A DNA stretch of 64,000 bases, taken from the NCBI RefSeq assembly GCF_964204645.1, contig NC_134025.1, positions 18,327,101 to 18,391,100 of the forward strand, given 5' to 3'. Every line of letters starts with the position of its first letter. Within the stretch, counting starts at the first letter, position 1. The notes beneath the pieces were generated by a model. It saw only the letters and a program-made list of their open reading frames with translations, did no database searches and was not told the DNA's origin. Positions 35,082 to 45,163 of this stretch are shown piece by piece. The position numbers and the translations under genes are program-made. This DNA comes from Tubulanus polymorphus. Lineage: Eukaryota > Animalia > Nemertea.

Positions 35082-38000
35082 ATGGGGGAGAATGAACACC
35101 AACTAGAAAACAATAATGTCAATAAAAATCAATATTATTGTCAATATTGTAAAAAATACATCGATACATCTAATAAAACACGACATGAAAAAACTGCAAA
35201 TCATATAAAAGATGTAATAGATTTTGAAACTCCAGAAAATTCCAATGAAAGAAAAGAACGATTAGAAAATATGAATGTGAATGAAATAAAATGTAAAGTT
35301 TGTGATGAATTTATAACAAAAAGGAATTATAATAGACATCTCGAAACAGAAAAACACCATCAAAATTTGAGAAATAATGTTTTAGGAATAGATTATTTTG
35401 ATGATAAACCTCAACAAGTAAAAGAATCAACTTCAAAAACTAAATCCATTTCAAATAAACCTTACATGGAAAATGTTAGAAATTATATTGATTCACTAGA
35501 AATAAAAGATACAATTGAAATCTTAGAAACATTACATAGTAAAATTGGTCCTGCAGCTATTATATTTAGATTTTTTAAAGGTACAACAATAGAAGATTAT
35601 AGTAAATTTAATGAAATAATAGAAAAAATACTAGATTTGATAACAGATGTTGAATATCCAAAAATTAGTATCTCTGGGAAAGTAAGTTTTATAAAGTCAG
35701 AAGAAAAAATGAATTATAATATTCAAACACACTCTGAAGAAATAATTTCAAAAACACAAATAAAAGAGAAGTTAGAAAAAATATTAAATGAATTTAAACG
35801 TCATATTGAAGAAAGATATTTTGAGGGTTCTGGCTTAACATTGAATGAAATTATATATTTAGATTTAAATGTTTATAATACAAAAAGGAATAAAACATCA
35901 AAAAGTAATAAAATGTTTAAAAATGATTCAAACTTTACAACAGAAAAGGATATGAAAGCATCAAGTTATATCAAATTACCGTTTACAACAAAAGCAGTAA
36001 TAAATATTCAAAATGAAGATAATAAATGTTTTCTATGGTCAATTATTAGTTGTTTACACCAAACAGAAGATATGACACATAGTTTTAGAATAACAAATTA
36101 CCGGAAATATGAAACATTATATAAAATTGATCAATATCCAGTAACTATAAAAATGATTCCTAAAATAGAAAAAGTTAATAATTTAAAAATAAATGTATTC
36201 GAATTAATGCAATTACCAAAGACAAAAGGTGAAAATATTAAAGATTATACATTGGAAGCTTTATATTTAACAGAATATTATGATGATGAAAATGCTATAG
36301 ATTTGTTATATTATAAAAAAGATGAAAATGAACATTATATGTGGTTAAAACAAATTGATTTATTCTTTAGAACAGAAAGTGATCATCATCGTAAAATTTA
36401 TCTATGTAGAAAATGTTTATCTAAATTTATGACTGAGAATACATTATTAAAACATAAAGAATTATGTGATAATAAAGATTTTTGTAAATTAATAATGCCA
36501 ACAGAAAAAGATTATAAATTGAAATTTACTAATCATAAATTTAAAAATATTGTTCCATTTGTAATTTATGGGGATTTTGAATCGTTGAATAAAGAATTAA
36601 CTGATCAAGATAGAAAAGAAATATATAACAAAAAGCAATTATTAAAATCAATGGATAAAGGAAATGAATTAAATGAAGACACAATACAAGACCCACCAAT
36701 TATAAATACAATTAAAAAAGTTCATCAAAGAGCTGCTGCTTATGGAATTTACATAAAATCAAATTATCCCGAATTATATGAAAGTCAATATATTTCTTTT
36801 AGAGGTGAAAATGTAGTTAATGATTTTTGTGATAAAATTATTGAATTAGAAAGTGATTTTGCAAAATTATTAAACAAAAATAAAAGAATAGTTTTGACAA
36901 AAGAAGATGAAATTGATTTTAATTATGCAACTCATTGTTGTTATTGTGAAAAACGTTTTTATTCATTTGATAAAAGAGTTAGAGATCATAATCATTTAAA
37001 TTCAAAATATCGTGGAGCTGCTCATGAAGATTGCAATTTACAAGCTAAAAAAGTAAATTTTGTACCAATATTATTTCATAATTTATCAGGATATGATACC
37101 CATCTATTTATAAAACAATTATCAGGAAAATTGGGTGCAATTAATCAAGAAATAGAAGAATATAATGCTATGAATGAAGCAAATGTAAGAAAATATGATT
37201 TTAAACTATTAGCTAAAACATCTGAAAATTATATTTCATTTCAATTTGGTTGCATTAGATTTTTAGATTCTTATAGATTTCTAGCAAGTTCATTAGATAA
37301 TTTATCAAAAAGTTTAGTTGATAATGATTTTGTTATAACTCGATATTATTATCCAAATGAACAAGATTTTAAATTATTGAGATATAAAGGCGCAATTCCT
37401 TATTCATTTTATAAAACACATGATGATTTTAATGTAACAGAATTATTAAAAGATCAATTTTATGATAAATTAAAAGAGGAGTATGTGAAAGACGAAGTTT
37501 TTGATAGAACATTAAATATTTGGAACCATTTTAAGATGAAAAATCATGGCGAATTAGTTGATTTATATTTAAAATCAGATGTTATGATATTAGCTGACAT
37601 ATTTGAAAAATTTAGAGAAGTTAATTTGAATCATTTTAATGTTGATCCTTGTTATTGCTACTCTAGTCCTGGTTTAACCTGGCAATGTGGTTTAAAATAT
37701 ACAAATGTAGAATTAGATTTATTAAAAGAACCAGATATGGTTTTATTATTTGAAAAATTAATTAGAGGTGGAATTAGTGGTGTTATGGGAGATAGGTATT
37801 TTAAAGCAAATGATGAATATAAATTATTATATATTGACGCCAATAATTTATATGGTTGGGCAATGATGCAACCTCAACCATATAAAAATTTTATATTAAC
37901 AGAAGTTGAAAATGGTGATAAAACTGATTGGGAAAGCGCAATTATTAGTTTAAAAGATGAAGCACCAATTGGTTATTTCTTTGTAGTTGATTTAGAATAT

Positions 38001-40151
38001 CCTGAAAATATAAAGTTTAAAACAAGAAACTTACCTTATTGCCCAAAACATTTAACTGTAGATGATAGTTATTTAAGTGAATACCAGAAGAAAATAAAAC
38101 CGAAAGATCATGTTTTTACAGAAAAATTAATACTTACTCAAAATAATAAATACAATTATATTGTTCATTATAGAATGTTAAAATTTTATCTAAAACAAGG
38201 AATGAAATTAAAGAAAGTACATAGATATATTGAATTTAATCAATCGAAGTGGTTAGAAAAATATATAGATTTCAATACTCAACAGAGAACCATATCAAAA
38301 ACAGATTTTGAAAAAGATTTTTTCAAATTGATGAACAATAGTTTTTATGGAAAAACTTGTGAGAATATTCGTAATAGAAACGACATTGAATTAGTAAATA
38401 ATTCTGAAAGATTAAGACATTTACAATCAAGTCCTAGACATTTAGGAAATAAAAGATTTGAAGATTATTTAACAGCAGTAAAATTAAAAAGAACGTCAAT
38501 GAAATTTAATAAACCCATTTTCATTGGTTCAACAGTTTTAGAAATATCAAAATTATTAATGTATGATTTTTATTATAATGTATTACAACCCTATTTTGGG
38601 GAAAAGAATATAGAAATTCTGTACTTCGATTCTATAACGGCTGACACCCCAATATTATTAAAATGTAATAATAAAATATTGGTAAGAAGAATTTCAGAAA
38701 TAATTCCAAAACAAAATGAATGTTATATTTCATATGGTGAAAAAGAATTAATACAAATAAATGGATTAATGGATGTTTGGACGAGAAATGGATGGAAAAA
38801 ATTAAAGAATATTATTAGACATAAAACAAATAAGAAAATCTATAGAGTTAGAACTAAATTAGGATTTATAGATTGCACCGGAGATCATAGTTTGATTAAA
38901 CAAAATGGTGATAAAATAAAACCAATTGATATAAAAATTGGAGATGAATTATTACACAACAGATTTTACCCAAGAATGAATCATATGTCATTTGATGAAA
39001 TGATTAATAATATTTGTAATATAGAACCCGAAACATTGGAAGAAAAAGAATATTTTATCAAAGGATTTTTCATGGGTGATGGTTCAGCAGGTGTGTATAA
39101 TTATGTTAGTGGAACTAAATATTGTTGGTATTTATGCAATCAAGACTTAAAATTATTAGAAAGAATTAAGAAATTCTGTGAAGAAGTTTATCGAAATAAA
39201 ACATTCAAAATCATAGATGTTATGAAATCATCAGCAGTTTATAGAATACTTGTAAATAATCCTAAAGATTTTGCTATAGAATATAATGATGAATTCTATA
39301 TTCATGCAATAGTGAAAAGTAATACTTCGACAAAAGAAAAGATAGTTCCAGATTATGTATTAAATGCAAAAAATAATTTAAGAAAATGGTTCTTCATTGG
39401 ATTCTATGCAGCAGATGGTTCAAAAAGTTTCCAAAACCGCAAAACAATATCCTTTGCTCAAAAAGGAAAAGTTGCTATATCAGGATTAGATATTTTATGT
39501 AATTCATTAGGCTTCAATATGAATATTGGATTGATTAAATCTAAACCAAATTGCTTTAATTTAAGCCATGTAGAAAATGAGTTAACTGAAGAAGTTAAAG
39601 ATTTATTTGAAATATATAACCCAACAGATTATGTTTATGATTTATCAACTGAAGATGGTACATTTAACTGTGGATTTCCATTAATAGCCAAAAATACTGA
39701 CGCCTACATACTAAAAATCAAGACAAATGACATCACAAAAGACTTAAAAACATTAAAACATCATTTTGATTTTAGCAATTATCCTAAAGATCATGAACTA
39801 TTTAGCAATGATAATAAAAAGATTCCTGGTAAATTTAAAGATGAATTAGGAGGTGATGAAATGATTGAATTTGTTGGGATAAGAAGTAAAATGTATAGTT
39901 ACAGAACAAAAGATCATGAAGCTAAAAAGTTAAAAGGAATAACAAAACATGTGGTTGATAAACATATAGAATTTCATGATTATATAAAGTGTTTATATAA
40001 ATCAATTGTAATGAAACACAAGATGAATTGTTTAAGATCAGAAGATCATGAGATGTACATTAATGAAGTTGAAAAAACTAGTTTAAATCCATTTGATGAT
40101 AAAAGGCATATTTCAGATGATGGTATAAAAACATTACCTTATGGTTATTAA
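35082..40151 (+). CDS. polB: Protein-primed family B DNA polymerase with N-terminal zinc fingers and an intein
   Basis: 1689-aa open frame; Exo YGDFES, FHNLSGYD, YLKSDV; Pol YIDANNLYGWAM, KLMNNSFYGK, YFD|TD, KMY, FDDKR. Confidence 0.97.
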   Translation: MGENEHQLENNNVNKNQYYCQYCKKYIDTSNKTRHEKTANHIKDVIDFETPENSNERKERLENMNVNEIKCKVCDEFITKRNYNRHLETEKHHQNLRNNVLGIDYFDDKPQQVKESTSKTKSISNKPYMENVRNYIDSLEIKDTIEILETLHSKIGPAAIIFRFFKGTTIEDYSKFNEIIEKILDLITDVEYPKISISGKVSFIKSEEKMNYNIQTHSEEIISKTQIKEKLEKILNEFKRHIEERYFEGSGLTLNEIIYLDLNVYNTKRNKTSKSNKMFKNDSNFTTEKDMKASSYIKLPFTTKAVINIQNEDNKCFLWSIISCLHQTEDMTHSFRITNYRKYETLYKIDQYPVTIKMIPKIEKVNNLKINVFELMQLPKTKGENIKDYTLEALYLTEYYDDENAIDLLYYKKDENEHYMWLKQIDLFFRTESDHHRKIYLCRKCLSKFMTENTLLKHKELCDNKDFCKLIMPTEKDYKLKFTNHKFKNIVPFVIYGDFESLNKELTDQDRKEIYNKKQLLKSMDKGNELNEDTIQDPPIINTIKKVHQRAAAYGIYIKSNYPELYESQYISFRGENVVNDFCDKIIELESDFAKLLNKNKRIVLTKEDEIDFNYATHCCYCEKRFYSFDKRVRDHNHLNSKYRGAAHEDCNLQAKKVNFVPILFHNLSGYDTHLFIKQLSGKLGAINQEIEEYNAMNEANVRKYDFKLLAKTSENYISFQFGCIRFLDSYRFLASSLDNLSKSLVDNDFVITRYYYPNEQDFKLLRYKGAIPYSFYKTHDDFNVTELLKDQFYDKLKEEYVKDEVFDRTLNIWNHFKMKNHGELVDLYLKSDVMILADIFEKFREVNLNHFNVDPCYCYSSPGLTWQCGLKYTNVELDLLKEPDMVLLFEKLIRGGISGVMGDRYFKANDEYKLLYIDANNLYGWAMMQPQPYKNFILTEVENGDKTDWESAIISLKDEAPIGYFFVVDLEYPENIKFKTRNLPYCPKHLTVDDSYLSEYQKKIKPKDHVFTEKLILTQNNKYNYIVHYRMLKFYLKQGMKLKKVHRYIEFNQSKWLEKYIDFNTQQRTISKTDFEKDFFKLMNNSFYGKTCENIRNRNDIELVNNSERLRHLQSSPRHLGNKRFEDYLTAVKLKRTSMKFNKPIFIGSTVLEISKLLMYDFYYNVLQPYFGEKNIEILYFDSITADTPILLKCNNKILVRRISEIIPKQNECYISYGEKELIQINGLMDVWTRNGWKKLKNIIRHKTNKKIYRVRTKLGFIDCTGDHSLIKQNGDKIKPIDIKIGDELLHNRFYPRMNHMSFDEMINNICNIEPETLEEKEYFIKGFFMGDGSAGVYNYVSGTKYCWYLCNQDLKLLERIKKFCEEVYRNKTFKIIDVMKSSAVYRILVNNPKDFAIEYNDEFYIHAIVKSNTSTKEKIVPDYVLNAKNNLRKWFFIGFYAADGSKSFQNRKTISFAQKGKVAISGLDILCNSLGFNMNIGLIKSKPNCFNLSHVENELTEEVKDLFEIYNPTDYVYDLSTEDGTFNCGFPLIAKNTDAYILKIKTNDITKDLKTLKHHFDFSNYPKDHELFSNDNKKIPGKFKDELGGDEMIEFVGIRSKMYSYRTKDHEAKKLKGITKHVVDKHIEFHDYIKCLYKSIVMKHKMNCLRSEDHEMYINEVEKTSLNPFDDKRHISDDGIKTLPYGY
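38631..39695 (+). mobile_element. Intein (355 aa) with LAGLIDADG homing endonuclease
   Basis: Splits motif C as YFD|SITADTPI..VYDLSTEDGTFNCGFPLIAKN|TD; block B DCTGDHSL; LAGLIDADG helices FIKGFFMGDGS and FFIGFYAADGS; absent from P1 PolB. Confidence 0.95.
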
Positions 40152-40166
40152 AATGGATCTATATCA

Positions 40167-41429
40167 TCAAACTTCTTCATTTTCATTTAATTGTTCAGGT
40201 TCTTCTTCCATTCCATTTTTCTCATTTAAATAAAGTTCTATCTTGTTCCACATTTCATCTCGCTCTCTTTGTTTCTTTTTGTTTGTTAATTCATCAAATG
40301 GAATTATGATATCTAGGTTTAAATAATTTACAATCTTATTTAAAAAGAATTCATAATTTATTGAATCTGTTATTCTATTTTCCAAATGATACATTAATAT
40401 TTGTTTAAATATTTTTTTTATATTTTCCATATCTTCTTCTGTTAATTTAGGTTTTTCATAATAATCGTTAAATAATAAATATAAATACATTTTCTTTTGT
40501 TTTGTGTTAAATGTTGGTGGAATAATTGTTTTTATAATATCTTTTTTAGTTATTTCACCATTTTTATTTTCTATTATTTTCATTTTTTCAAGCCATTGCA
40601 TATATTCTGGTGTATGATCTTCTATAGAAAATATTTTAAAAATTTCATCTAGATAATTTAATTTTGGTTCTATGAGAAAATCTCTAGTTTTTTCTTCACC
40701 CCATAAATTCTTTTGCCATCCACATTCAACACAAAATAACACAGTACCTTCTTGCCTTAAGGTCGCATAACTACATTGTGGGCATTTTTGTTTATAATTT
40801 CTTGGTAATAGATCTTCATTAAGCTCTTGGTATTTTCTTACGTTTTCTTTATGTTTTATTGTTCTATTATGTAGATTTGAATTACTTGTTGTAATAATCA
40901 ATTTACAATATTTACAATAATATGTTTTTCTTGTTAATTCATTATATTGTTTTTCTAACTTTCCAACTGTTTCTTTATTATCTGGTAACGTTTTCTCATA
41001 TTTTATTTTTTCTAATAAATTATTTTTTCTTTCATTGAATTCAGTTTCAAATTTATTAGAAATTTTATCTATATGTGCTTTACGAAATTGATGATTCCCC
41101 CAATCTTCTATATTTTCAGGGCTATATTTTACTTGACAAGGCTCACAGAAATGATCTTTTATATTATCCTTATCATAGAATAAGAAAGGTCTTTTCCAAA
41201 TAACTTCAGGTTCAACTTCAGCAGAATTACTATCAACATTAGCCGTTGCGCCATTAATTCTACACTTCTCTGAATGTTTTTTAACATAATTTCTTGAGAA
41301 TAATTTATTACATTTTGGACAGTTTATTTTAGGGGGTTTATAATTTTCATCATGTTTTTTCATATGTCGAGCCTTATTACTTTTTCTTAGAAGTTCACCA
41401 CAAATTTCGCATGCTATCTTCTCATCCAT
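40167..41429 (-). CDS. Zinc-finger protein with C-terminal poxvirus VLTF-3 (A2L)-like domain
   Basis: CPQC..FCVECG..KLNYLDEIF..LTEEDMENIKKIFKQILMYHLEN..SINYEFFLNKI..RDEMWNKI follows my recollection of vaccinia A2L; several N-terminal C2H2-like fingers. Confidence 0.75.
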   Translation of the reverse strand: MDEKIACEICGELLRKSNKARHMKKHDENYKPPKINCPKCNKLFSRNYVKKHSEKCRINGATANVDSNSAEVEPEVIWKRPFLFYDKDNIKDHFCEPCQVKYSPENIEDWGNHQFRKAHIDKISNKFETEFNERKNNLLEKIKYEKTLPDNKETVGKLEKQYNELTRKTYYCKYCKLIITTSNSNLHNRTIKHKENVRKYQELNEDLLPRNYKQKCPQCSYATLRQEGTVLFCVECGWQKNLWGEEKTRDFLIEPKLNYLDEIFKIFSIEDHTPEYMQWLEKMKIIENKNGEITKKDIIKTIIPPTFNTKQKKMYLYLLFNDYYEKPKLTEEDMENIKKIFKQILMYHLENRITDSINYEFFLNKIVNYLNLDIIIPFDELTNKKKQRERDEMWNKIELYLNEKNGMEEEPEQLNENEEV

Positions 41430-41497
41430 TTATTAAGGAAAAATTTTATTAAAATTAATTTTTAGTGATGAGCGGTAATTTTTTTATGTTATAAATA

Positions 41498-42257
41498 ATG
41501 GTAGAATTAAAAGAATACAGAATATTTATTGATTCTAGAAAACTTACAAATTATAAATCTCATAATTTACTAGTACAATTAGATAGAGATTTCAAGAATT
41601 GTGTAGATTTAAAATTAGTTAATATAAGTTTATGTAATTCTTTTTATAATATATCGGATAAAACTATTGAACATAATACTTTTTTAATTCATATTAGAAG
41701 TATAAATAAATGGTTTAATCTATTTCTAAGACCAGGATTATATAATTTAGAAACATTATCTCAAGAAATTAATCGGAGAGCACGATTAAAACTTAAAAGT
41801 GAAGATAAATTTTCAATTAGATTTATAAAAAGCGATAGTTCTGATAAAATTAAAATAAAGTTAGATGATGAAAACAAACATGCATTTATGGTAAAAAAAA
41901 CCTATAGCTAAACTGTTAGGAATTGTACCAGATACTGTTACAGGAAACGTAGAAGGTATTTCAAATATAATACCTTTTACACACTTTTATATTTATTGCA
42001 ATTTAATCGAGCCTACAAAAACATTTGAAGCAACTAAAGATATAACTTGTAATTCTAGTATATTAAATATTTTACCATTGAAGAATGTTAAAGAATTTGG
42101 AACGCAAATAAATTATAATTTAACAGAATGTGATTTCAAACCATGCATTCCTCGTTTTAATAATTTTAGATTAGAAATTAGAAATCATAATGGATACTTA
42201 ATTGATTTAAATAACTTTCCTGTAATTTATGAATTAGTTATAAGATGTAAAGAGTAA
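41498..42257 (+). pseudogene. Minor capsid (penton) protein, frameshift at A-run ~41893-41900
   Basis: IFIDSR..L..NSFYNI..PGLYN..LLGI..YIYCNLI..ILNILP..LEIRNHNG.LIDL pattern of Polinton/PLV pentons. Confidence 0.75.
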
Positions 42258-42273
42258 TTTTTTCACTATATAA

Positions 42274-42615
42274 ATGAATATAACTGTCGGACCGAGTATA
42301 TGTTTTGGATTTGATTTTAAACATGGTAAAGAAATGAGAATTAAACTAAATGACGTAATTACTGATATAAAAAGTAAATCATTTAACAATGCATCAATGA
42401 TTGATAAAGAAAAGTATAATATAGAAAAAGTAATTGATTTAATTAAATCACCTTTAGAATATTATGAATTAAATGAAGATGGAATTATTGATGATATTAA
42501 AAACATATTAACCAAAATATATGATAATCATAAAACTAGTAATAAAATAAATGTTGAATTAATCATAAATAAGTTAACTAAATATTTTGATGATAGTAAT
42601 TTTTTTGATAAATAA
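42274..42615 (+). CDS. Hypothetical protein (113 aa)
   Basis: TAAATG start; homolog relic in P1. Confidence 0.7.
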   Translation: MNITVGPSICFGFDFKHGKEMRIKLNDVITDIKSKSFNNASMIDKEKYNIEKVIDLIKSPLEYYELNEDGIIDDIKNILTKIYDNHKTSNKINVELIINKLTKYFDDSNFFDK

Positions 42616-42837
42616 ATGAGTGATAATAAGTGGATAATAACTGGATTATATAATGGCGCATTACTATCAGTTGGAACTGTTGGTTATTCAATGGTATTAA
42701 AAAAAGTATTCAAAATGGGAAGTGTTAATGTTGATAGATTTGATATAAATGATATTTTAAAGTTAACATTAGCAGTTACTTTATCTAATTTAACAATTGA
42801 TTATTTGGAAAAACAAAAATATATTCCTCCCATATAA
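42616..42837 (+). CDS. Small hydrophobic protein (73 aa)
   Basis: TAAATG start; two hydrophobic helices; conserved in P1. Confidence 0.75.
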   Translation: MSDNKWIITGLYNGALLSVGTVGYSMVLKKVFKMGSVNVDRFDINDILKLTLAVTLSNLTIDYLEKQKYIPPI

Positions 42838-42865
42838 GAAATATGTAATTTTTTTTGCTAAATAA

Positions 42866-43288
42866 ATGGCTTCTGCAATTATAACTATTATAGGATCGGC
42901 AATCGTTAACGCTTTAGCATTTACTGGTGGTGGTTATTTATTTAAACATATTGATAAAAATAGTTCATTAGGAGAACAAAGAAGACATAACTTAGCGTTA
43001 GAGAAATACAATAAAGCTGCAGAAGAATATAGAGAAAAGAGGCAAAACTATGTGGATTACATCAATAAAGAATTATATGATCAGAAGATTTCACATAGAG
43101 ATTTTCAATCAGTTGATGATGCAATGAGTTTATATAACGCAGTAACAAATAAAGAAAAATTACATCTATACAAACCTAAATTATCAGATTATCATACCCC
43201 GAGTAAAGAACAACAGAAATATGAAATAATATGGATTTTAGGTGGAACAGTTATTGTTATATTTGTTGCTTATAAGTTTACTAATTAG
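42866..43288 (+). CDS. Hypothetical membrane protein (140 aa)
   Basis: Hydrophobic N- and C-termini around a coiled coil; TAAATG start. Confidence 0.75.
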   Translation: MASAIITIIGSAIVNALAFTGGGYLFKHIDKNSSLGEQRRHNLALEKYNKAAEEYREKRQNYVDYINKELYDQKISHRDFQSVDDAMSLYNAVTNKEKLHLYKPKLSDYHTPSKEQQKYEIIWILGGTVIVIFVAYKFTN

Positions 43289-43307
43289 TAATTTTTATTC
43301 TAAATAA

Positions 43308-43742
43308 ATGGAAGATAAAGTTGATAATATTGATATTATTCCTCATGATATAAATAAAACTAAATTAAAAACATATTTAGAAAAACAAATATTAGAATTT
43401 GAAAGTGACTTAAAGATAAAAAAGAAAAAATATTTAAAAAGTAAAATTATATATTATTTGATTATAAGTGGTTCGGTTACAATTAGTTCTGTAATAACAT
43501 TTCTAGCAATATTCAGTCCATTAACACCTTTAGCTATATCAATTGGTGTATTAGGATTAAGTTCAAGTGTTTTAACCGGTATAAGTTCAAAATTAAATAT
43601 AAAAAGTAATAAAGAAAAAATTAAAACTAATATAAAAGAAATTAATAAATTAAAGAACACACTAGATTATATAATGAGTTTAAATGGTCATATAACAGTT
43701 GAAGAACAAGATAAATTATTAAAAGAATTAATAAATTATTAA
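43308..43742 (+). CDS. Two-TM coiled-coil protein (144 aa)
   Basis: Central hydrophobic hairpin; TAAATG start. Confidence 0.7.
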   Translation: MEDKVDNIDIIPHDINKTKLKTYLEKQILEFESDLKIKKKKYLKSKIIYYLIISGSVTISSVITFLAIFSPLTPLAISIGVLGLSSSVLTGISSKLNIKSNKEKIKTNIKEINKLKNTLDYIMSLNGHITVEEQDKLLKELINY

Positions 43743-43758
43743 TTTTTTAATTATATAA

Positions 43759-45147
43759 ATGGTAGATAGTTTTCCAAAAGCTTTCCAATATAATAAATCA
43801 ATTAAATATAATATTCCAGCAATAGATTTTAATAAAGATATTACGTATAGAAATGAAGTTTTAAATTCATTAATTGATTTATATATTTATGTTACTGAAA
43901 CTAATAATTTTAATGTAAAGATGGAAAATATATTTCATATATATTTAATTAATTTTAAAAAATTGAAAGATGAAAAACAATGGTTATTAAAATCTAATAT
44001 GAAGTATTGGCAGAATCAATTAAATTTTGCTGTTTATTGTGCAACAACAGGTTGTGGAATTAGTTGGAATGATCATTTAAATAATTCTAAATATAAACTA
44101 ATTCAAAGTTTATTTAGATTTCATACATACTTTCAAATCAGAATAATATTAAATGAATTAGAGTGCGCTTTACCAGGATCTAGATATTTCAAAGAATTAG
44201 ATAATGATATTAATTTATCTAAGTTTTATAAAATTTGCAATGAATTTAATATAGATATAAATAATTCTGATTTTAGAACAAAAATTGGAACAATAAGATC
44301 ACTTCCATGCCCTAGAAAGATTGCAGAATATTGTGCACTTCCCATACCATCTAATAGTTTTTATAATATCTATAATAATAAATTAGGTTATGGTAAAATA
44401 GAAACAAAAGATTTAGAAACATTAAATTTCAATAAATTACCAAAATTTTATGATAATTTAAAACAAGAAAACAATAATGGTTGGGTATATTTCATTTTAG
44501 AGAATAGTGAAGGTTTTACTAAATCAGGTATAGAAAGAATAAATCAATCTATTAGAACTTATTTGATTTGTATTCTAGGATCACTAGTTGAAACAAGATC
44601 ACCGATAATTGGAAATTTGAATACATCATTCGATACACAGAAACAGTTTAAAGTTTTATTTGAAGATTCAATTCATAATGATAAAAATAGATCGATTCCA
44701 GAAAACATTATAAGATATCAAAATTATTTAGATAAATCTCATGTAAGACTTAATTATTGTATAGGCCCTAATCTATTAATTATTTCTAATGATTTAGTAT
44801 TGAAGATGGGAAATATAATTGGTTATAATAATCTAATTAAAACTGCAACAATAAATAATTCATTTGGATTAAATGATATAAATAAAAAGATTATTACTGC
44901 TCCAAAATTAATGGAAGGTGAAAAAAATAAAAAACATATTCAATCAACAGAAACTAAAACTAAAAATATCAAATTAAATAATGATTCCAAAATAAAAGAT
45001 TACAATACATCAGAAAATATAAAAACTGATAAAATTCAACATGATATAATTAAAACTGATAATGATAATAAATCCCATGAAAATACTAAATTAGCTATAA
45101 CTTGTATAGGAATTGTAATCGGAGGAATATTATATTTTAAATTTTAA
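43759..45147 (+). CDS. Hypothetical Polinton protein with C-terminal TM anchor (462 aa)
   Basis: Long open frame; YWQNQLNFAVYCATTGCGIS; TAAATG start. Confidence 0.8.
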   Translation: MVDSFPKAFQYNKSIKYNIPAIDFNKDITYRNEVLNSLIDLYIYVTETNNFNVKMENIFHIYLINFKKLKDEKQWLLKSNMKYWQNQLNFAVYCATTGCGISWNDHLNNSKYKLIQSLFRFHTYFQIRIILNELECALPGSRYFKELDNDINLSKFYKICNEFNIDINNSDFRTKIGTIRSLPCPRKIAEYCALPIPSNSFYNIYNNKLGYGKIETKDLETLNFNKLPKFYDNLKQENNNGWVYFILENSEGFTKSGIERINQSIRTYLICILGSLVETRSPIIGNLNTSFDTQKQFKVLFEDSIHNDKNRSIPENIIRYQNYLDKSHVRLNYCIGPNLLIISNDLVLKMGNIIGYNNLIKTATINNSFGLNDINKKIITAPKLMEGEKNKKHIQSTETKTKNIKLNNDSKIKDYNTSENIKTDKIQHDIIKTDNDNKSHENTKLAITCIGIVIGGILYFKF

Positions 45148-45163
45148 TTTTTTTATTATGTAA

